NCBI GenBank assembly: GCA_943704425.1
Contig: CALSCP010001426.1
Span: forward strand, 1-38,340
DNA: 38,340 nucleotides
Direction of reading: 5' to 3'
Source of the DNA: Ministeria vibrans ATCC 50519
Lineage: Eukaryota; Protista; Filasterea
Shown: positions 1 to 12,480 of the stretch, piece by piece
Layout of the letters: each line of letters begins with the position of its first letter
Numbering within the stretch: position 1 is the first letter of the stretch
Position numbers and translations under genes: made by a program
Notes under the pieces: generated by a model
What the model was told of the DNA's origin: nothing
The model's input: the letters and a program-made list of their open reading frames with translations, nothing else
Databases searched by the model: none

Positions 1-83
<83 letters not shown>
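1..83. repeat. (AAT)n microsatellite
   Basis: Perfect ATA/AAT triplet run from the window start. Confidence 0.97.
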
Positions 84-86
<3 letters not shown>

Positions 87-246
87 TATTATTTTAATAA
101 GGAGAGAGAGAGCTGCACTCAATGTCAAAACAGGTTACAAGACGTCATATTTATGGTGCGGAAGGACTACTGTGTTTTTGTAATATACAGTCTTGTTTTG
201 ACATTGAGAACATCCCTTCTCTATCAGTTTATTTTCTTATTACACA

Positions 247-3200
247 TCAGATGAAAGATGAGGTGAGCTCCTCGAGCACAGTGCCAATAAGACGGGGCGC
301 AACACCACCACGCACGTGGCCAGAGAGCATGTCGGAGAGACGATAGCGGAGCTGGGTGAAGTCAGGGCGCTTGGTCGCGTCCATGTGCCAGCACTGCATC
401 ATTAGCTCATAGACAACGGGCGGACAGCCACGGGGCGGAGGAAGGCGCTTCCCGTCACGCAGCTTGTCGGACAACTCACGTACGCCCACCGACCGGTACG
501 GGCTAGAGAGAACAACAAAGTTGTAAAAACAGACAGCTCACACCAATCATGATCTGTACCGGACAGTGCCAAATGTCATTACTTCCCACATGACCACTCC
601 AAAAGACCACACGTCCGTCTTCGCCGAAAACTACAACAAAAATTGAAGAAAAAAAAAACACACACGTCAAAGACAGAAACGCGCATGTAAAAGGAAGAAC
701 CTTTCTGAACTCGAGGGACTCGAGAGCCATCCAACGCACTGGCAGTTTGCCTTTGCTCTGCACGCGATAGTAGTTGTCGTCACCCATCCGTCGCGATAGC
801 CCAAAGTCCGCCACCTTGATCACCGACCCCTGGCCCACAAGACAGTTGCGCGCCGCCAGCTATGCACCCACAACAATGTGGTGTCAAAAGAGAGTGAGTT
901 CGATCCCACACACAACGAAAAAAACACGTTTCATCTCGCAATGCATGTGTGACTTACATCGCGATGGACAAAGTTGAGCGTGCCCAGATACTCCATTCCT
1001 GACGCAATCTCAAGCATGATCTTGACCTGCTCCGCAATGGTCATCCTCAACTCAGCGCACGTCACACACAGTCGCAGAAAGTTGCGAAGATCACCATGCG
1101 GACAAAACTGCACAAAGAGGAACACTTAGTATCGTTTCGCACACGTACAGGCACTCTCTCTAATCACTTTGCGTATACTTCTCTCTCCCACTCTCTGTCT
1201 CTGTCTCTATTCTCTCTCCTGCTCTCTGTCTCTGTCTCTATCACTTTGTTCTTTCTCCCTCCTCACTCTCTCTCTCTCTCTTTCTGTCTCTCTCCCCATT
1301 GTACCTCAATGACAAGAAGGAGGGGCTCTTCGGGCATGCAGACGCCGATAAAGGCAATGATATTGTCGTGCTTGAAGCTTGCTTGGAGGGCTGCCTCCGC
1401 TAGGAACTCTTCGCGCTCCTTCGATGTGGCACCGTCGTGCAGTGTCTTGACGGCAACGTAGCGCGCAAGGGGCCCGTCGTTAGCCGTTGCCTTGAGCACC
1501 ACGCCAAACTCACCCTTGCCCAGCTCCTCGATAAAGTTCAGGTTGCGTCGGTCAAACCGGTAAGCTGCGAGTGCTTTGGCGGAGTCGGGAGCGACACTGG
1601 GAACGAGCACCGAGACAGACTGGTACTTGGCAAAGTCCTCGTTGTTATTATTGTTGTTGTTGTTGTTCAGCCCTGTCGTGTTGTCGTCGTACACATCAAG
1701 CGTCGAGTAAATGGAGTCACCCGGTTGACGTTTCTCGTACACATCGGTGCCGCTCTCACTGCCCATCGCCCCGCTCGTGTTGGTGTAGGTTTGGGTACCG
1801 CGGAATGGGTTGGACATGCGCGAGGAAGTCCGTCGCGTCTTGCGGAACGTCTGATAGATGGACTCAGCTCCCTCGTGCACCGTGCGCTCGTACGTCTCAT
1901 AGTCGTCGCCAGCCTCGGCAATGATGCCCGTCGTACGCTTGCCACTTGGTGACGCGAGCGTGCCGTACGCAGCCGAGACGGGCCGCTGGTACTGTCCCTC
2001 GTTTACATACGCAACATCGTCCGAGTTAGGCGGCCGTGCCCCGCCACCACCGCCAGACAAGCCGTACGCCGCTGCGTTCACATAGATATCGCTGTTATCT
2101 TTCGACTTGCTCGCCAGGTCCTGATACACATCCGCATCGAGAAGCTCCTCGTCGTCCGATGCGCTCTCAAGGCGAGGCGGCCCGTCCAGTGTTGCATAGA
2201 GGTCCTCTTCGCGTCGCTCTGCCTCCTCCATCATCATTTCTTGCACCAAATTCGCATACGCTTCGCCGCCCTCGCTCACATCTGTGACGCCATACATCTG
2301 ACGCAGGTTCTCCAAGTCAACTTGCTGGCCTTCGGCCGTCGTGAGGGTGGCGGCCGAGTAGAAGGCGGGGTCAGCCATGTCACCGGCGGGTACCGGGGGT
2401 GTCGACGGTTTCAAAGGTGCAGATGTGTCCCGTTTCGTACCGAACACATCGGGCTCCGAACTATCCTGAGGCGTTGCCTGGCGTGTCTTGAAGAATTCAA
2501 GCGGACGCGGCTCAACGTCCGCCGTGTTGATCATGCCCGCAGCACCCGCACCCGAATTCATAGCATTTAGTTCCATGCTGCTCTGACTCGTCTTGAGACG
2601 CGACTGCGAGCGACGTCGATGGCGACGCAGCACCACAAACACCACAACAATGAGCACAACACAGACAACAGCAGCAATAGCCGCAATCACAGCAGACGAG
2701 CCCGAGCTCGACGGCGACGAGCCTGCAGTAGGCGCCTGAGCCCCAGCCGGATTGGTTGCATTGCCAAACACGGAAATGAGAGAAAAGTGGTCCATGTTTC
2801 CACTGACTTTGCCCGAGGCCAGGTCCACCACCATTGCCGAGACAAACGTCCAGTCAGAAGGACCACCAAACATAACGCTGAAGTAGGAGATTGGATCGCT
2901 CTGCTGAAAGGAGCCTGTCTTGAGGCTCACTTCGGCGCGAATGGGCTTGAGCCAGGTACGCGGCGACGGACTCAGCTTGTACCAGTGGCCGCTGATGACG
3001 GCACCTGATGGACCGTCTCGCTGACACCACGGTGCATACAGCTCAACCTGAAACAACTGCGGAGTGCTCCAATAGCCCACGGGGATGGTGAGACTGAGAC
3101 CCGTCACTTCAATGACACCGCCAAGCGACGGGTCAATGACGATCGACGCCAGTGTGCTAGTGCTGTTGCACACAAACTGGCAATCGGCAACCTCGCCGTT

Positions 3201-6200
3201 GCCCAGGAGAATCGAGCCGTCAATCTGACATGTGTAGGTGAACGTGGTCGCACCCGAAATGCGACCCGTCAGCGAGTAACTCGTGTCGCACGTATACTCG
3301 GCACGTGTACCAACGGAAAACACGGGGGGCAGCACACGTGTCGCATGTGCCACATTGGGCAGTGTTGTGCTACTGCAGAGAGTCAGCGTCGTCTCACAGT
3401 TGACGCCAGTGCGCTCATCTGAGCAAGTGCAAGAGTACGTTGGATGTGAACTGACACATGTGCCATCACCTTGACAAGGCGAAGAGTCACATGCATTGAT
3501 GGGAGAAGAACAGAGTGCATCGGAGTAGCCTGTAGCGGAGCAGTCGCACGAGTAGGTCCCTTCCGCCTCCTGTTCACACACACCACCATTTTGACACGGC
3601 GACGAGGCACACTCGTCAATGTCCACATCACAAAGAGTACTCGTAAAGCCCGCCGCACATGTACACGCAAAGGAAGCAACTCCATCGGAACATTGTGCCC
3701 CATTGTGACACGGAAACGACGAACACTCATCAATATTTCCGTCGCACTGCGCTCCAGTGTATCCCGCAGCACACGCGCAGGCAAACGAGGCAACACCATC
3801 CGTACACGACGCCCCATTGCGACACGGTGATGAAGCACACTCGTCAATGCTTGACTCACAAAGTGTGCCAGTGTAGTCCTTTGCACAGTTGCAAGAAAAG
3901 GAGAACGTATGATCGAAACACTCCCCACCATTCTGACAAGGAGAAGAGTCACACTCGTCACTGTTGACGTCGCACAAGGTTCCAGTAAAGGCAGTGAGGG
4001 TGCAGTCACACAAAAATATACCCACTGACGGCTGGGTGCACACACCAGCGTTCTGGCAAGGTGATGATGCACACTCGTCAATATCATCGGAGCACAAGAA
4101 ACCCGAGTAGCCTTGAGCACAGACACAGGTAAATGCATTGGGGGCGTCTACACAGGTGGCAGCGTTCTGACAGGGAGACGAAACGCACTCGTTAATGCTG
4201 ACATCGCAGCGAGTCCCAGTGAACCCCACCGGGCACACGCACATGTATTCAGCTACTCCGTCGACACACGTGGCACCGTTCAGGCATGGCGACGAAGCAC
4301 ACTCGGCAATGTTCATCTCACACAATGTGCCCGTTTGGCCCGCCTGGCATATACACGTGAAAGACGTTCCTACAGATTGGCACGTCGACGCACCCCGGCA
4401 TGGATTGCTCAAACAGTGGTCCACAACCGAATTGCAAATTGTGCCTGTGAATCCGGTCGACGAACAGTCACAAGTAAACTGTGACACCAAATTAGAGCAC
4501 ACTCCGCCNNNNNNNNNNNNNNNNNNNNNNNNNNNNNNNNNNNNNNNNNNNNNNNNNNNNNNNNNNNNNNNNNNNNNNNNNNNNNNNNNNNNNNNNNNNN
4601 NNNNNNGCATGGATTGCTCAAACAGTGGTCCACAACCGAATTGCAAATTGTGCCTGTGAATCCGGTCGACGAACAGTCACAAGTAAACTGTGACACCAAA
4701 TTAGAGCACACTCCGCCGTTCCGGCACGGTGAAGATGCGCACTCATCAATGTCGACGGAACAGAGGCCACCGGTAAAGCCTGCGACGCACGAGCAAGCAA
4801 ACCCATCGACCCCATCGGCGCATGTGGCACCGTTCTGGCACGGTGACGACACGCACTCATCAATGTTCTCGGCACAAGTCAAGCCTGTAAACCCCGCAGC
4901 ACAGCTGCACATAAAGGATGCAACGCCGTCCGAGCAAACACCGTCATTCTGACATGGTGAAGATGCGCACTCATCAATGTCGACGGAACAGAGGCCACCG
5001 GTAAAGCCTGCGACGCACGAGCAAGCAAACCCATCGACCCCATCGGCGCATGTGGCACCGTTCTGGCACGGAGATGAGACACACTCGTTCAGGTTCACGT
5101 TACACATGGCACCGGTAAAGCCTGCGGCGCAAGTACATGAAAATCCATCAACCCCATCAACGCATGTGGCGCCGTTCTGGCACGGTAACGACGCGCACTC
5201 GTCAATGTTCACGTCGCAGAGAGTGTCAGTGAAACCCACCGAGCAGGCGCACGTGAACCCGTCTACAGTAACAATACACGCGCCATTGAGGCCGCATGGA
5301 CTCGACGCACACTTGTCAATGTTGACGTGGCAAAAGGCGCCCGTGAAGCCGACGGGGCAAGAACAAACGTGTTTACCAAGTCCCGAGCTCGTGCCTGTCA
5401 CAACAAGTTGCCCTTGCATTGACCTATGAATCTCGCACTGATAGAAGATGGTACCCTCGCTCGTTATGACTTGTTCATACGTAGATCCGACTGGAAGGGG
5501 GCCGGAGTCAAACGACATGGGGCCCGCATGCGTAGTGACCGTGTGAGGCACCGAGGTGATGGTCCAGCGAACCGTGTCACCGACGCTGACGTTGTTTGAT
5601 GCAGGTGTACACGATTGACACCATGGAATCTCGATAACTCCTAACTCAACGCACGTCCCGCCATTCTGGCACGGATTCGAGTTGCACTCCTCGATGTTAA
5701 TGTCACATCGAGTGCCGGTGAGGCCAATTGGGCACGTGCACGTAAATGATGTTTCCACCGACTGGCACGTCGACGCACCCTGACATGGATTGCTCAAACA
5801 GTGGTCCACAACCGAATTGCAAATTGTGCCTGTGAATCCGGTCGACGAACAGTCACAAGTAAACTGTGACACCAAATTAGAGCACACTCCGCCGTTCCGG
5901 CACGGTGAAGATGCGCACTCATCAATGTCGACGGAACAGAGGCCACCGGTAAAGCCTGCAACGCACGAGCAAGCAAACCCATCGACCCCATCGGCGCATG
6001 TGGCACCGTTCTGGCACGGTGACGACACGCACTCATCAATGTTCTCGGCACAAGTCAAGCCTGTAAACCCCGCAGCACAGCTGCACATAAAGGATGCAAC
6101 GCCGTCCGAGCAAACACCGTCATTCTGACATGGTGAAGATGCGCACTCATCAATGTCGTCAGAACAGAGAACACCGGTAAAGCCTGCGGCGCAAGTACAT

Positions 6201-9200
6201 GAAAATTCATCAACCCCATCGGCGCATGTGGCGCCGTTCTGGCACGGTGACGACACGCACTCATCAATGTTCTCGGCACAAGCCAAGCCTGTAAACCCCG
6301 CAGCACAGCTGCACATAAAGGATGCAACGCCGTCCAAGCAGACACCCCCATTCTGACAGGGTGAGGATGCGCACAAGTCCGAATCCACGTCACACACGGA
6401 ACCGGTACCTTCAATGCAAACACACAAATATGCATCCAACTCGTCGACGCATGTGGCAGTGTGGTGACACGGAGATGAGGCACACTCGTCAATTTGAGTG
6501 TTACAATGTAAGTCGGTGTAGCCGGCAGCACAAGTGCACATGTATGTTCCAGCAGAGTCGGTACATGTAGCCCCGTTTTGACACGGAGATGAGATGCATG
6601 GCGTTTCGAACGCGACATGAATCACTCCTGCCATGAGGCTCTGGTGAAATGCACACTCAAAGGGGAAATCACCCGTCGCGTAGAATACGAAGGAAAAATT
6701 CGCCCCTGGCAGTAGACTGCCACTGTCAAAGACACTCGGTGAATCTGTTGACGTCACGGTGTGCTCGAACTCGTCGGTGACAGTCCATGTCACGGTGTCA
6801 CCAGGTGCCACGGTGGTAATGACGTCGTTTCCGGCAGTATTGCAAATGAGAAAGAGACACCAGTCAATGTGGTGAACGATACCCGAGGGAACAAGCGGCG
6901 CGAGGGTGCCATTGACACAAAATGCAACGTCGGGAGTACATGCGCAAACATACGAGTCCAGGCCGTCGATACAGGTTGTGCCTGTAAGACAGGGGCTCGA
7001 TGAACACTCGTCAACGTTGGTGGAGCACTGCGGGCCAGTGAAGCCAGCGGCACAGGCGCACCTAAAGCCGGACACCAGGTTGGCACAGGATGCGCCATTT
7101 TCACAGGGAGACGAAGCACATTCGTTTAGATCAAAGTTGCAGAGTACGCCTGAAAATCCGTGTGGACAGACACACGTGAATACGCCAGCATTGTCAATAC
7201 ACGTCGCAGATTGCTGACAGGGCGACGAGTCACAACTGTTCACGGCAAGCGAGCAGTCCACGCCATCGTGCCCCGTGCCGGTGCAGTCGCAACTGAAGCT
7301 GTCGACACCGTCGGAGCACACACCACCGTTGAGGCAGGGCGACGATGTACACTCGTTCAGACTCGCAGAACACACATCACCGGTAAAGCCCGACGCACAG
7401 GTGCACGCAAACGCATTGGCCAAATCGATGCAGGTCCCAGCATTTTGGCACGGTGACGAGGCACACTCCATCATGGCCACGTTGCAGAGCGTGCCCGTCG
7501 TGCCTGCTGTACACGTGCACGTAAACGCGTTAAACATATTCGTGCAGGTGGCTCCCAGTTGACACGGCGACGAGGCGCACTCGTCAACGTCGCTCTCGCA
7601 CAGGGCCCCAGTAAATCCCTCGGCGCAGGTGCACACAACGGAGCCCGCGCCAGCGTTCACACAAGAACTCGCACCGTTTTGACAGGGTGACGAGGCACAA
7701 TAGTCAATTGTCGACTCGCAGAGGGTGCCTGTAAAGGAAATAGGACACTGGCAGTGGGCACTGGCCACGTTTGGATCTGACACGACGCAGGTTGCGCCGT
7801 TAAGACATTCCAAGGAGTCGCATGGGTCGGTGCAAACACCAGGCACTGAGGTCAGAATTCCCTCGCGTGTACACGTCAAGTTGAAGCTTGCAAAGGCGCG
7901 AATACCGTGTAAACCTGTGAGAACGGGGCATGTGAATACAACCGTCTCGTCTAGCGACAAATCTGTCGTATTGCTGGGCGTGGCCCCTCCTGCAATCGAC
8001 GAGGGCACGGAACATACAGCGGTTGTGTGACATGCCAAGTCGGGTGTTGATTCAAAGTTCAGCGTCGCACCCTCGGCAATGGTCAGACGTCTACCATCGG
8101 TAGCACGCAAATGACCAATGCTGGCAGTGGCATTTGCAGCAATGACGATGGTGACGTCGGGCGTGGTGCTGTTTAAATCGACGAACATGGCGGGACAAGG
8201 CACAGCGCCTGAGGCCCACTGATGCGGGTCGTTCCACAAGCCATCGCTACTGCCTTGCCAGTAGGTGTAGAAAGTTTGGCAGGCGGGACGAGTGGAAAGA
8301 TCCCACGTGAACGCCCCCGAGCTGGTGCACGTCGGCATTGTGAAGGAGACGACACCATACTGGCCGTCCACCCAGTAGAGTTCGTCGCAGACGTAGATGA
8401 GCGGTTCAAGATAGCGGGCAGTTGTGGCGGGTTGACCATGGGGAAGGTCGGGGGCCGGATCGCATTCAATGGTCGTGTCGCAGTCAACACCCTCGTAACC
8501 TGTGACACACTGCTTGAGACCATCTGACGCACAGGTGTAGGTGGGACCAGCCAGACAAAACACGGTGCAGGCCTTGGGAACATTGCCGTTGGGGTAGTAG
8601 TTGGGAGAGCATGTGCGCTCGCCCGTTTGTGGGTCGCACGTATACGCGACAGATCCCGGATCACATTCACGACAGTTGGGACCGATGTGGTTTTCGAGGC
8701 ACGTCACCTGAGCATCGAAAGTAACGGTGTTCCAATCGTTGAGAAAGACAGATTTAGTGTAACGAGTCGAGGAGGACGCGGTAAACGCTGTGCCAAAGAC
8801 CTGTCCCGTTGGCGTGGGACTGGTAAGAATGGGGGATGTGCTAATTAGGAGGAGAGGAGAGTGAGTCACAGAGTCGACGGAACACACACACACACACACA
8901 CACACACAACGTACGTTCCCTGCCGGTCGTCCGCGAACGGCGAATCGTCATCGATGCACTCGATCCGCAGGGTTATGATCGCCAGCGTAATCCTGTTTTG
9001 GCTGATGTACGTCTCCCCGTCTGTAACTGTTCCAAATTGCCAACTAAGCGAGGTTTTTTTTTTTTCAGTACATTTTTGTCGGAAACAAAAACAGCGGGTG
9101 GGGCACAGCAGAGAGGGGTATTGTGATGAGGATGAGGCATGGTAGTATGTCGCATGAAAAGGAAGGTACCTGGGGGTGTTTGTGTCCTGGATAGACGGCA

Positions 9201-9393
9201 AATCCTTGCTGGAGAATTGCGAGAATGAATACAGATTGTTGCCTGCATTCACAGCGATGCGGCAGTAGATGTCGCATGCGTTGAGAAAGTCGCAGTTGTC
9301 AAAGGTTCCAGCTATGAGGGACACGTCGACGCGATAGCCGACCTGCGCGACGCAGCAGGGCGCGAAGAGCAGCGCAAACACAACCCACAGCAT
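247..9393 (-). CDS. Multi-exon receptor tyrosine kinase with C2, DSL-like, sushi, EGF, cupredoxin and ZU5 ectodomain
   Basis: Signal peptide [16 protein letters not shown]. In-frame GT-AG splices join 9393-9170, 9043-8915 and a long exon from 8840 (interrupted by N gap 4509-4606) to ~1305. At least 32 EGF repeats (CxSSPCxNGxxC). TM segment [22 protein letters not shown] followed by RRHRRR. Tyrosine-kinase motifs [31 protein letters not shown] and [16 protein letters not shown] lie in small 3' exons. Stop at 247. Confidence 0.93.
4398..6250. repeat. Near-identical internal duplications of EGF-coding blocks around an assembly gap
   Basis: 4398-4508 equals 4607-4717 on either side of the N gap. 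~4608-4985 recurs at offset +1176 (identical alternative-frame ORFs 4614-4952 and 5790-6128). Confidence 0.9.
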
Positions 9394-10188
9394 TGAATTA
9401 GGACGGCCAGACGCGCGCTGCCGTGCTCACTTCAGAACTACAGGTGGTGGTGCCAGAAGCGGTGACGGTGGCGAGGAATTCGATTGAACTGTCAACTGTG
9501 GAGTGTGGACTGGTCAGTGATCAGACCCAAACGTCAAACAACAACAATCTTAGCGTTTCTAAACACTGCATTCGACCTGGCGGACGCCGCCGCGAAACGA
9601 GCAAGCTTACTTTGTTGAGTGTTGACTGACTTGACTGCCTCCTATGCGCTGTTCTCCCTCTCCCGCGGGCACAATCACTGTTTCTGTACGTGCACCCACC
9701 GCCCGTCAGTCGGTCGGTCACAAGAAAAATAAATAATCAATATGAATAATAAATATTGATGATTTTTCGAGGTCATTTTCATTGGTAATGAATCTCTGTT
9801 TTAATGCTTAACTTTACGCCTGTCCAACATATGCAGCGAAGAAGGCGCGGCCAAGCAAGGAAGTGGCGAGGGGGCACACCAGCCGTTCCATCGGCACAGC
9901 CAGCCCACACACACACGCCGGCCGAGCTCGCACGTACTACGCCCTCATTGCCGGACTCTTTCTCTTATACCAGGCAATGCTCACCAGGAAGGCCATCATC
10001 ATGGAAACTCGCCCGTGTTTCCAGAAGGACATGAGAGGTGCCATTTCGAATTGATCAGTCTTGTATCAATTTTTTTTTGTTTACTCGTGAGTGGTGCTGT
10101 TTCAGCGAGTGTGAACTACCTCAACGTGTGTGTCATTCACCCACTCACGTGAACGAACAGCGAACTTGATTGTTTTTTTTTTTGTGTA

Positions 10189-11596
10189 ATGAACAAGACG
10201 TCAAGTTCATCCAACTTTGTACAGACGCTCATGGTCGCTGCACGCCGACGGCCCTGCCTTGCGCTCCTCGGCCTGATTGGCCCATTGTTTATTGTATCGC
10301 TAGGTAGGTTGAGCGAGTGATGGATGTCAGTGTGTGACATGATGTGGCACCGCTTCTTCCGGTGCAGTCTCGGCGATTTTGACGCCGACCCATTCGATGA
10401 GCACGGCCGACGAAGCGTCGTTTGCCGCGCCTCAGCTTGCTCGACATGCTCCTGGCGGCGTAGCGGGAGTGCGGGGTAGGCGTGCCAACTTCAAAATGGC
10501 GGCTGTGGAGGACGCAGAGATGGCGGATGCTGCACCGGCACTGCCACCACCCCCGTCGCCAATGAGAATGTCTGCAGCGTCCTTCACACGGCAGGACGGG
10601 CGCGCCGTCGAGACTGAGAACCACAACACCAACGACGGCGAGACCAACAGCGCTGATGGACTGGCGCCTGGTGAGCGAATGCTCATCAAGACTGCTCAAT
10701 TGCGGGTGGCTCTTGCGGTATACGTTGTGCACCAAAGGTGGTGGGCTCGCTCATGTTTATTCTCTGTAGAAAGAAGAGATGGACAAGGCGGCGATAGCAG
10801 TGGAGTCGTACATCAAGTCAGTGGGAGGGTATCTGTCAGATGCACAGGCGTCGCGCAGTGGCACAGACGACGATGCGTACGTGGAGAAAACGTTCACCTT
10901 CCGCGTGCCCGAGCGTCTTTTTGACGATACAGTCAATGGGCTTCCGGGAGTTGTTGGGACTGGCGCGTCGGTACTCATGCGTAATGTGCAGCAAAGGGAT
11001 GTTACCGACGAGTTTGTGGATCACTCTGCGCGCAAAAAGACGCTCGAGGTAAGAAGAGACAAGTGGAGAAATTGGTATTGACAAAGGGTATGGTATTGTT
11101 TCAAACAGGCGACACACGCACAGCTGGTTGTGTTGATGGGAAAGACGAGCAAAGTGGACGAGATTCTGTCGGTGCGGCGTGAGCTGACGTCAGTGACGCA
11201 ACAGATGGAAGCGCACAAGGCGCGTCTGCTGCACCTGAGCCGCAGTGCCACCCTGGCGACCGTGCGCTTGACCCTCGTGCCCCAGTCTGCCCGCGTTCCC
11301 CCGCCTGTCGACCACTTCTTCAACTGGAACCCAATGCGCACGCTGGCACAGGTACGATCATTGAGCCTTCTGCAATAGACAAAAAGTCAAAGGGCGCACG
11401 ATGTAATTCTTATCACTGCATTGTGTCTCACTTGCAGGCTATGCGCACTTTGCTAGTGGCCGTCGCACACACTCTCGATGCGCTCATCTGGATGGGTGTC
11501 GTTGCTGTGCCTGTCTCGCTAGTGGTTCTTGCACTCCGACCCCTCCTCCGCTGTCTACCTTCCCTCGCGTCAACTTCCGCCTCAGTCAATGCCTAA
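10189..11596 (+). CDS. DUF4349-family membrane-anchored protein (spliced)
   Basis: N-terminal hydrophobic segment, then RMLIKTAQLRV, SVGGYLSD, FTFRVP, RDVTDEFVDHSARKKTLE, VDEILSVRRELTSV..MEAHKARL..SATLATVRLTL, and a C-terminal TM. Matches the DUF4349 pattern as recalled. GT-AG introns join the ORF fragments. Confidence 0.8.
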
Positions 11597-11886
11597 CATA
11601 TCAAACACAATCATTATAAATAGTTTTATTTAATTATTATTATTAATTATTTTGGGGTCCATTTTCGTGCAAAAGTTTATTGTTACAGAGACGCTAAACT
11701 CTTATTACTATTATTAGATTGAATTTATTCGTAATATTATCAATTATTTTACTATTATTATAATTTTATGACAATTAATTATTTCTAATAGAAAATAATT
11801 ATATTTATATACTGCTGTTGAGTTTGTGTGTCCTTTCGACTTGGTTGAGTGTGTCGTCGAGTCTCAACGCGCATGTGCTATTGCTG

Positions 11887-12022
11887 TTACGTTGTTGTTG
11901 TTGTTGTTGTTTGACTCGTCTCAGGATACGATGGGCGTTTGGAAGCGTTTGGCAGGGGCGCAGTGGGAGCCTTGCGTTTGCGTCGTGTCGACTGACCCAG
12001 ATGCTGACTCTTCTCCAACTAG

Positions 12023-12054
<32 letters not shown>

Positions 12055-12480
12055 ACAATATCTCTGTCTCAGTTGACTCGGGCGTGTTCGTGAGCTCACC
12101 CTTTCGGCAATGGTCTTTGCAACGTCGACCTGGTCGGGAATGTGGACGAATCGGACGGTGCGGCCGTGCACGAAGAGGTGCGCATGCTGCTGCGTCGTGC
12201 CCTGCAACAAACGATGAGAAAGGCTCATGCGGGCGTGCGGCGCCTTTGATGGAGTGCATACCGACACAAGGCGCAGCGCTGCCTGCTCCATGGTGATGCT
12301 ACAGACGAGGCGTGGTCAGCGCAGTCCCATGATCATTCACCATTGTGTTTACTTCATGTCCACATCCACATTGACAATCCGTCCGACCGCTTTCGAGTCG
12401 TTTCGGAGCTCCACCGTTGTGACCAGTCCTTCGATTCCCTGTAACAGACAACACAGTGTCTTTTCCGACCGGCGATAGTC
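11887..12480 (-). CDS. LSM10: U7 snRNP-specific Sm-like protein LSM10 (first exon not resolved)
   Basis: Four spliced exons give DYRRSEKTLCCLLQGIEGLVTTVELRNDSKAVGRIVNVDVDMN-ITMEQAALRLVS-GTTQQHAHLFVHGRTVRFVHIPDQVDVAKTIAER-LEKSQ...*. This closely resembles LSM10 (LLQGLQGRVTTVDLR..GRIDNVD.FMN..LFVTGRNVRYVHIPD). The ORF track recovers it only in part. Confidence 0.85.

Noticed and set aside
3283-8670. Many overlapping alternative-frame and antisense ORFs over the EGF region
   Set aside because: Shadows of the repetitive, GC-rich RTK coding strand with no independent motifs.
9420-10060. Short ORFs between the RTK and DUF4349 genes
   Set aside because: No recognisable motif or convincing spliced model; may be UTR exons or promoter.
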